IMG/VR virus record: IMGVR_UViG_3300045988_045233
Location: 1 to 45,005 of that record
From: a virus
Strand: one strand, 5' to 3'
DNA length: 45,005 nt
The position numbers and the translations under genes are program-made. Every line of letters starts with the position of its first letter. Position 1 is the first letter of the stretch. Below, in pieces: positions 38,726-45,005 of the stretch. Below the pieces are notes generated by a model. The model saw only the letters and a list, made by a program, of their open reading frames with translations, was not told the DNA's origin and made no database searches.

Positions 38726-40002
38726 TTGCGTACTATGGAAGCAAACTGAGCCCTCACATGACGGAAACGCCGGAGGGCTTTTTAATTTGCCACGATGTCA
38801 AAATCGCCCGTACCGGCACGCAGAACTATCTGGCCCGGGAGATCGGTCTGGACGGGATGCCAGAGCGTGTTCTTCAGGTGACACGAAGCGCCGAGGATGT
38901 GTTTGACCCGGCGGCAATTGCCAGTTTTGAGGGCAAAGATGTCACCAACACCCACCCCTCGGAGATGATCGTGCAGGAAAATCAGGCTGCCTACTCCAAA
39001 GGCCACGCAGAGAATGTTCGCCGAGTGGGTGATTATCTGGTGGCTGACCTGTACCTGAAAGACCCCACACTGATCTCTGAGGTCAAGAACGGGGCCATGC
39101 GGGATGTGTCCTGCGGCTATTACTGCCAGTATGAGGCAGACGGCGCAGGATACCGGCAGACCCATATCAGAGGAAATCACATCGCCATCGTGCCCCGTGG
39201 GCGCGCTGGCCGTGATGTCGCAATAAAAGATAGCGCCGCCGAACTTCCGGCGGAGAAAGGCAAGGTAAAACACATGAGCAAGAGCAAGAGTTTGCTGTCT
39301 CTGTTCGGTCTGGCGGCAAAGAACGCGGCCCCCGAAGAGCTTGACAGCATGGTGGAGACCGCTGCCGCAGCGCTGGATGCAGCACACGCTGCCGCAGCGC
39401 TGGATGCAGCACACGCTGCCGCAGCGCTGGATGCAGCACCCGCCGTTCCGGCGCAGGATGCAGCACCCGCCGTTCCGGCGCAGGATGCAGGCCCCGCTAA
39501 AGACAAAGATCCCACTGACATCCAGAACACCGCTGTTCTGGACGCACTGAACAACCTTTCCGGCAAGCTGGATCAGCTGATCGCTGCCAACACCAAAAAG
39601 GCAGAGGACAAAGAGCCGGAAGACCTGGACAAGGTGATCGCTGAAATGTCCGGCGAAAAGCCTGGCAAGAAGGAAGAGGACGAGGACGAAAGCGGCTCCA
39701 CCACTGTTCCTTCCGAGGACGAGTGCGCAAAGCCTGCCGCCAATGACAGCGGCCTGGCTCTGCTGAAAGCCATGCGCCCCATCATCAACGGCATTCAGGA
39801 CAAGGCCACCCGTGATGCCCTGTCCAAGACCCTGATCGAGCAGGTCAAGGGCACCAGCTCCGTGGATGCTATCGCAAAGGCTGCGCAGGACAGCGCCGCC
39901 GCTGCCGCCAGCGCATCCGGTAAGAGCCAGTATGAGCAGGTGTGCCAGGCTTCCCAGCTCGCTTACAACGAACGCAATCCCCACATGAAGAAGGAGGGCT
40001 AA
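38722..40002 (+). CDS. DUF2213-like protein with a scaffold-like acidic C-terminal half
   Basis: 426 aa. The N-terminal domain shows the DUF2213 pattern. The C-terminal half is Ala/Asp/Glu-rich with tandem repeats. Lies between the MuF-like and capsid genes. Confidence 0.6.
   Translation: MIAYYGSKLSPHMTETPEGFLICHDVKIARTGTQNYLAREIGLDGMPERVLQVTRSAEDVFDPAAIASFEGKDVTNTHPSEMIVQENQAAYSKGHAENVRRVGDYLVADLYLKDPTLISEVKNGAMRDVSCGYYCQYEADGAGYRQTHIRGNHIAIVPRGRAGRDVAIKDSAAELPAEKGKVKHMSKSKSLLSLFGLAAKNAAPEELDSMVETAAAALDAAHAAAALDAAHAAAALDAAPAVPAQDAAPAVPAQDAGPAKDKDPTDIQNTAVLDALNNLSGKLDQLIAANTKKAEDKEPEDLDKVIAEMSGEKPGKKEEDEDESGSTTVPSEDECAKPAANDSGLALLKAMRPIINGIQDKATRDALSKTLIEQVKGTSSVDAIAKAAQDSAAAAASASGKSQYEQVCQASQLAYNERNPHMKKEG
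39361..39495 (+). repeat. 27-bp tandem repeats (AAALDAAHA x2.9, then APAVPAQDA x2)
   Basis: gctgccgcagcgctggatgcagcacac is repeated, followed by a repeated cgccgttccggcgcaggatgcagcacc unit. Confidence 0.85.
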
Positions 40003-40006
40003 AATT

Positions 40007-40531
40007 ATGTCCCTGAATACTCAGATTATCGGCAAGACCATGCCCCACGGCTTTGCTGGCACTTATGCCCGTCAGCCGGATATGATCGTCAACACCCGCC
40101 CCGTTGGCGGCACCGAAAGCATTCCTTTTGGCACTGCCCTGAAGTATGACAACGGCAAGGTCATCGTGATGGGCGGCGCAGGCACTACCGCTGCACAGTT
40201 CGCAGGCATTGCGGGCAGCGAAGTCAAGAGCGCCCTGGTTTATCCTGACCAGAACGGCGGCAAATACGCCCCCGGCGAGGCCTGCAGCGTGTTCCAGCGC
40301 GGCAGCATCAACGTGCTGTGCCAGCGCGGCACCCCGGCTCTGGGCGGTGACGTTTACGTCCGCATTGTCAAGACCGCTGACTATGCCACCGCACTGGTCG
40401 GCGGCTTTGAGGCGGAAGCGGACGAAAAGACCGCCGGAAACTCCGTCAAACTCACCAACTGCCAGTGGGGCGGCGCGGCTGATGCCAACGGCGTGGCCGA
40501 GCTGGTCATCCTCACCCGTGCAAACGCCTGA
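40007..40531 (+). CDS. Head-associated protein (decoration or cement, DUF2190-like position)
   Basis: 174 aa, RBS AAGGAGGG, immediately upstream of the major capsid gene. Confidence 0.45.
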   Translation: MSLNTQIIGKTMPHGFAGTYARQPDMIVNTRPVGGTESIPFGTALKYDNGKVIVMGGAGTTAAQFAGIAGSEVKSALVYPDQNGGKYAPGEACSVFQRGSINVLCQRGTPALGGDVYVRIVKTADYATALVGGFEAEADEKTAGNSVKLTNCQWGGAADANGVAELVILTRANA

Positions 40532-40547
40532 TAGGAGGGCTTAGACT

Positions 40548-41591
40548 ATGGCAAACTTCCAGAACGTCGGCACCACCAATGCCGGCACCTTTACCGTAAA
40601 CAACGCCGGTGCTGCGCTGCCCGGCGGCACTCCCACCATGGACGCGGCTGCTATCCAGAGCGGCAATGCGTTCCTCACCAGCGAGCTGGAAAAGCGTGAC
40701 CCGCTGATCCGCAAGCCCCTCACCAGCGTCACCTATCCCCGTGATATCCCCATCGAGGTAGGCGGCGGCTGGGTGGATTACGTCTCCGCCATGTCCGTGG
40801 CCTACGGTATGGCAGGCGGCTCCGGCGCTTCTGCCGTCAACGGCGGCGGTTCCAACGGCATCCCTGTTGTGCAGGCCAGCGTGAGCAAGGGTGCATTCAA
40901 AGCCCATGTCTTTGCCGCCGCTCTGCGCGTCATGTTCGTGGATATGCAGCGCGCAAACTTCATTGGCCGCAGCCTTGACCAGATGCTGCAGGACGGCATC
41001 CGGCTGGCTTATGACAAGCACATGGATCAGAACACCTACGTGGGTTTCGACGAGTACGCTACCACCGGCCTTGTCAACAATCCCGATGTCACCAAGACCA
41101 CTGCCGCAGCTTCCGGCACCGGCTCCTCTGCCAAGTGGGCGGACAAGACCCCCAAGCAGATTTTGACGGACATCAACAATGCCATCACTGCCGTGTGGGC
41201 TGCCAACGAGTACGACGAGGCAGGCATTCCCAACCACATCCTCATCCCCTACGAACAGTACAGCTACATCACCACCACCATGGTCAGCGACCTGGGCACT
41301 GAGACCATCTACGACTTCCTGAAGAAGCACAACGTGGCCGCAAACCACGGCGTGGATCTGGAGATCGTTCCCACCCGCTGGGTCAAGGGCGCTGGTACTT
41401 CCGGCGGCGACCGCATGGTGGTGTACGTCAACAACCGCCGCTTTGTCAAGGCGGACGAGCTGGTGCCCCTGTCCCGCGTGATGAGCGCCCCCAACGTCAC
41501 CAATGTCTGCTACGACACCGCCTATATGGCAAACGCATCCGAGGTGCAGCTCATGTACCAGACCTCCATGCTGTACGTGGACGGCATCTGA
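40548..41591 (+). CDS. Major capsid protein (DUF2184-type)
   Basis: 347 aa, RBS TAGGAGGG. Position and sequence pattern match capsid genes that accompany DUF2213. Confidence 0.75.
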   Translation: MANFQNVGTTNAGTFTVNNAGAALPGGTPTMDAAAIQSGNAFLTSELEKRDPLIRKPLTSVTYPRDIPIEVGGGWVDYVSAMSVAYGMAGGSGASAVNGGGSNGIPVVQASVSKGAFKAHVFAAALRVMFVDMQRANFIGRSLDQMLQDGIRLAYDKHMDQNTYVGFDEYATTGLVNNPDVTKTTAAASGTGSSAKWADKTPKQILTDINNAITAVWAANEYDEAGIPNHILIPYEQYSYITTTMVSDLGTETIYDFLKKHNVAANHGVDLEIVPTRWVKGAGTSGGDRMVVYVNNRRFVKADELVPLSRVMSAPNVTNVCYDTAYMANASEVQLMYQTSMLYVDGI

Positions 41592-41607
41592 TCAGGAGGT
41601 GGCAGAA

Positions 41608-41865
41608 ATGGCTTTCGTGCTTTCCAAAGCAAACATCATCCTGCCCAGCGCAGACGGCTCTCAGACCTTCCCGCTCCACCGGGAGCAACTGGTCGAAGTG
41701 CCAGGCTGGGCGGCAGAGACGGCCTATTTCAAGGCGCTGGTGGCCGATGGTGACATCGTGCCCACGAACCGCAGTGACAAGGCCGTACAGGATGCCGCAG
41801 ACAAGCCCGTCCGCAAGAAAAAGACTGCGGACTGGGACAAGCCTGCCGAACCGCAGAAAGACTGA
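41608..41865 (+). CDS. Hypothetical head-proximal protein (85 aa)
   Basis: ATG at 41608 after CAGGAGGTG. Confidence 0.45.
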   Translation: MAFVLSKANIILPSADGSQTFPLHREQLVEVPGWAAETAYFKALVADGDIVPTNRSDKAVQDAADKPVRKKKTADWDKPAEPQKD

Positions 41866-41876
41866 GGAGGTTGCCC

Positions 41877-42365
41877 ATGTGCTGGACGATGAAACCGCAG
41901 TTTCAGGGCGTTCTTGCGCAGGCCGCAAATCTGGGGCAGAGCGTTGGCAATTACACCGCAGAGCAGTTCAAGGCGGAATACCCGCAGTTCTGTGACGCGG
42001 ACGGCAATTGTCACCTTCCGGATGCGCTGCTGGAAGAGATCGTGAAAATGGCAAACGTCAGCATTCAGCCTGATAAATGGCTGGACAGCTGGCATTATGC
42101 CGTGGGGCTTTATGTGGCCCACTACGTCACTTTGCAGCTGCGCACCTATGCGGAGAACACCGCCACCCCGGCGCAGGCGGCAGCGTCCGGCGCTCTGGTG
42201 GGTGTGGTGAAGTCTGCCACGCTGGGCGACAGCTCCGTGACCTACGACACCAGCGCCCTGACCGCAGGAACAGAGGACTGGGGCGATCTGAACGCCACCA
42301 CCTACGGTCAGATGCTGGCAAACCGTGCCCGCTTTATCGGTGCGGCCGGAACTTTTGTGATGTGA
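41877..42365 (+). CDS. Head-tail connector protein (DUF4054-like)
   Basis: ATG after GAGGAGG. WHYAVGLYVAHYVTLQLR pattern. Confidence 0.55.
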   Translation: MCWTMKPQFQGVLAQAANLGQSVGNYTAEQFKAEYPQFCDADGNCHLPDALLEEIVKMANVSIQPDKWLDSWHYAVGLYVAHYVTLQLRTYAENTATPAQAAASGALVGVVKSATLGDSSVTYDTSALTAGTEDWGDLNATTYGQMLANRARFIGAAGTFVM

Positions 42366-42374
42366 GGTGCACCC

Positions 42375-42758
42375 ATGAACTGGAATGACTGGTATACCGA
42401 CCTGATGGAGATCAGGCGCACGGAAACCGTGAAGGACGGAAATCTGACCCGCAAGGAACGGAAGGTCATCCGCTCCGGTGTTCCGTGCCGGGTGTACCGC
42501 AGCCAGGACAAGGCCCCGACGATGACCCAGACAGCAGCCAATGTCCAGAAAACGGACAAGCTGGCCTGTGATATTGATGTGGATATCAAGCCCTTGGATG
42601 AGCTAGTGATCCACAGGGGGGCACGGCTGGGGCACACCGTGCAGGAGACCCGGTATTTTGCCGGGGACCCTGACCTGTACTATGAGCCCTTCGGGGCAGT
42701 GCTGCCCGGGCTGGCCCATCAGGAGATCACGCTTCTCAGTCAGGAGCGTGCGAAATGA
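42375..42758 (+). CDS. Head-tail adaptor / head closure protein
   Basis: 127 aa, RBS GAGGTG, conserved position. Confidence 0.5.
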   Translation: MNWNDWYTDLMEIRRTETVKDGNLTRKERKVIRSGVPCRVYRSQDKAPTMTQTAANVQKTDKLACDIDVDIKPLDELVIHRGARLGHTVQETRYFAGDPDLYYEPFGAVLPGLAHQEITLLSQERAK

Positions 42759-43258
42759 ACCTGCAGGAATACATCAAGAAGCTGGAAGCGGCGCAGGCCG
42801 CTTTTCCCGAAATGCTCGCAGACGTTGCCCGCAATGCCACCCTCCGGGCCGTGGAAGCGGCGCAGGATAAGACCCCGCCCACAACGGACAGCCTGAGCGG
42901 CACCAATACCCGCACCGGAGAGCTGAAACAGCACTGGGCAACTGACAGCCTCGCCGAGCCCCGGTTGCAGGGTGGAGAGATCGTCACCGAGCTGAACAAC
43001 AACAAGGAATACGCCTCCTACGTCAACGACGGTCACCGGATGGACAAGCACTTTGTGCCGGGTCTGCACGCAGACCAATATACCGGAATGCTGGAATACG
43101 ACCCGGGCCTCCGGGGCGAGGTTGGCATGATGGTGGGCACGAAAACGACCTACGTTGAGGGCCTGCACATGTCAGATGCGGGAATTGAAGCCTATAAGCA
43201 CACCGTGAAAGTAGAGACAGAAAAAGCCGTGAACAAGCTGGGAGAGATGCTGAAATGA
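42755..43258 (+). CDS. HK97 gp10-like neck protein
   Basis: 167 aa, ATGA overlap. The N-terminal pattern resembles the gp10 family. Confidence 0.55.
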   Translation: MNLQEYIKKLEAAQAAFPEMLADVARNATLRAVEAAQDKTPPTTDSLSGTNTRTGELKQHWATDSLAEPRLQGGEIVTELNNNKEYASYVNDGHRMDKHFVPGLHADQYTGMLEYDPGLRGEVGMMVGTKTTYVEGLHMSDAGIEAYKHTVKVETEKAVNKLGEMLK

Positions 43259-43704
43259 ACTTTACCATTACAACGCTGGCCCGGTCTCTGGCGGAGTATC
43301 TGGCTCCCTTCCTGCCCGGCGTGCAGATGTTGGAAGACCCTGCACAGCAAGGCGTAGAGCCGCCCTGCATGTTTATCCAGCAGAGGGGCAGCGATATCAA
43401 GCCTTACCCCGGCGGGCGCTGGCTGCGCACCATCCGGCTCGACCTGACCTATCTGCTGGACTATAACCTCACAGACCTGCGCCAGCAGTACAACAAAGCC
43501 GCTGAAGCGCTCGATTTCTGCATGGAAACGTTCCCTTATTCCGATGGAACAGAAGCGGAAAAGCTCCTGCACGCCTACGAGCGCAGCACGGATATCGACG
43601 ATGACGGCCTGCATTACAAGTTTGAGCTGCGTGTCTTTGTGGAAAAGCCCGTGGACGCAGTGAAAATGCAGACCCAGACCGTAAACCAGAAGGTAGACCA
43701 ATGA
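43255..43704 (+). CDS. Tail completion / sheath terminator-like protein
   Basis: 149 aa, ATGA overlap. Last gene but one before the sheath gene. Confidence 0.45.
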   Translation: MNFTITTLARSLAEYLAPFLPGVQMLEDPAQQGVEPPCMFIQQRGSDIKPYPGGRWLRTIRLDLTYLLDYNLTDLRQQYNKAAEALDFCMETFPYSDGTEAEKLLHAYERSTDIDDDGLHYKFELRVFVEKPVDAVKMQTQTVNQKVDQ

Positions 43705-43856
43705 AACAGGACAATACCCAATACAGCCGGGAAGTGCTGCTGAAAGACCCGCGTTTTGCGGGGTATCAGCCGGATTTTCTGGCTGTTGTTTTACACAAAC
43801 CGTTTTACACCCTCGCAGAGGCTGATGCCGCTGTGAAAGAATTTTGGAAGGAGTGA
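43701..43856 (+). CDS. Small hypothetical protein (51 aa)
   Basis: ATGA overlap with the upstream gene. Stop at 43854-43856, just before the sheath RBS. Confidence 0.4.
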   Translation: MKQDNTQYSREVLLKDPRFAGYQPDFLAVVLHKPFYTLAEADAAVKEFWKE

Positions 43857-43862
43857 CACCCT

Positions 43863-45005
43863 ATGGCAGCAGGCGGAACCTGGACTGTACAGAACAAGGT
43901 GCGGCCCGGCATTTACTTTAAATTTCGCTCCAAGAACCAACAGAATCTGACCGTTGGCGACCGCGGCAAGGTCACGATCTGCGAACCCATGAGCTGGGGC
44001 CCCGTTGGCAAGGTGATGGAGATCGCCGCCGGAGATGACCTGACCCCTTATACCGGTTACGACATCACAGACGCACACAATCGCTTTGCATCCATGATCT
44101 TCAGCGGCTCCAACCGCACCGCAGCACCCACCAAGCTGCTGCTTTACCGCCCGGCCGCTGCGGACAGCGCAAAGGCCACTGGCACTATCGCCCCGCTGAC
44201 GGCTACCGCAAAATTCCCCGGCTCCCGAGGCAACGACATCGTTGTGATCGTCACTGCACTGACGGAACCTGCGGGCAGTTTCCAGGTCTCCACGGTCGTT
44301 GACGGTGTGGTGAAGGATCAGCAGACTGGCAAGACCGTTGCAGACCTGACCGGCAATGACTGGGCGGATTTCAGCGGCACGGGCACTCTGGCTGCAAATG
44401 TCGGCACCCAGCTTTCCGGCGGCAAGGACGGCGAGGTAAACTCTGCCGCATACAGCACCTACCTGACGAATATCGAGCCCTACAACTTCGATTCCATGCT
44501 GTACGACGGCGAGGATGCCACCGTAAAGACCGCGATGGAGACCTTTATCAAGCGCGTGAACACCGAAGTGGGCCGCTTCTCTCAGCTGGTGGAAGCCAAT
44601 GCCACCAACCCTGACACCCGCTTTATCGTCAACGTCTGCAGCGGTCTGGTGATGAACGATGGTACTACCCTGACCCCGAAGGAAGCCGTCTGGTGGGTCG
44701 GCGGTGCGCTTTCCGGCGCGACCTACGCCAACGACCTGACGAATGCCGCCGTTCCCAACGCGGTGGACGTTTCCCCCAAGATGACCCACAACCAGTATGT
44801 GGATGCCATCAATGCGGGCAAGTTCGTGTTCAACGCCGATGACGGCACTGTCCGGGTGGAGTATGACATCAACTCTCTGGTCACCTATACCAGCGAGATC
44901 GGCGAGGTGTACCGCTACAACCGTACCATGCGGCTGTGCAACACCATTGCCAACGATCTGTACAAGCAGTTCGCCCAGAGCTATGTGGGCATTGTGGACA
45001 ACACC
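43863..45005 (+). CDS. Tail sheath protein, N-terminal 381 codons (continues at 142..342 after the wrap)
   Basis: ATG at 43863 is preceded by GGAAGGAG. The frame stays open to the window end and is in frame with 1..342. XkdK-like sheath sequence pattern, followed by the tube gene. Confidence 0.85.
   Translation, partial: MAAGGTWTVQNKVRPGIYFKFRSKNQQNLTVGDRGKVTICEPMSWGPVGKVMEIAAGDDLTPYTGYDITDAHNRFASMIFSGSNRTAAPTKLLLYRPAAADSAKATGTIAPLTATAKFPGSRGNDIVVIVTALTEPAGSFQVSTVVDGVVKDQQTGKTVADLTGNDWADFSGTGTLAANVGTQLSGGKDGEVNSAAYSTYLTNIEPYNFDSMLYDGEDATVKTAMETFIKRVNTEVGRFSQLVEANATNPDTRFIVNVCSGLVMNDGTTLTPKEAVWWVGGALSGATYANDLTNAAVPNAVDVSPKMTHNQYVDAINAGKFVFNADDGTVRVEYDINSLVTYTSEIGEVYRYNRTMRLCNTIANDLYKQFAQSYVGIVDNT

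Larger units (their letters stand above)
1..45005. mobile_element. Complete circularly closed temperate myovirus-type phage genome (unit 44,864 bp)
   Basis: Bases 1-141 are identical to 44865-45005 and the overlap is in frame within one gene, which indicates assembly wrap-around. Integrase/attP, immunity, replication, packaging, head, tail and lysis modules are all present. Confidence 0.85.

Overview
The window is one complete, circularly closed temperate phage genome. Bases 1-141 are identical to 44865-45005, so the unit length is 44,864 bp, and the junction falls in frame inside the tail sheath gene. It is a GC-rich, contractile-tailed phage with a PBSX/Xkd-like tail and baseplate gene order, probably infecting a Clostridia-type Firmicute (inference from gene families only).

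Gene order:
- Tail: tail sheath C-terminus, tube, chaperone with a canonical -1 frameshift site, tape measure, baseplate and fibre (1-10.2 kb).
- Lysis: GH25 endolysin plus two holin-like genes (10.2-11.6 kb).
- A split sigma-region-4-like gene (11.6-12.05 kb).
- A P22 immI-like block: Rha/KilAC antirepressor facing a ribbon-helix-helix gene (12.1-13.7 kb).
- A five-gene cargo cassette of unknown function next to attP (13.8-16.05 kb).
- attP, containing the 3' 50 nt of a tRNA-Thr(UGU) (16163-16212).
- Tyrosine integrase and an XRE regulator (16.3-18.05 kb).
- A visibly low-GC island with opposite-strand genes of unknown function and a second divergent XRE/Cro-like switch (18.5-22.2 kb).
- Early genes, including a RAMP-like protein followed by a ~640 bp purine-rich degenerate-repeat tract, then Rad52-like SSAP, SSB, DnaD-like replication protein, DUF551-type paralogs, a C5-MTase-like gene and RusA (22.2-32.6 kb).
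- A ~900 bp structured non-coding block with one canonical tRNA-Trp and three non-canonical tRNA-like elements (32.6-33.56 kb).
- Late genes: N6A-MTase-like, TerS, TerL, portal, MuF-like, scaffold, capsid, connectors and tail sheath N-terminus (33.6-45.0 kb).

No rRNA, CRISPR array, reverse transcriptase or transposase was seen.

Best candidates for something new:
- the low-GC island cassette (18620-20100);
- the attP-proximal cargo cassette;
- the RAMP-like gene plus its adjacent repeat tract;
- the aberrant tRNA-like cluster.

All functional calls come from reading motifs by eye. No database search was run.
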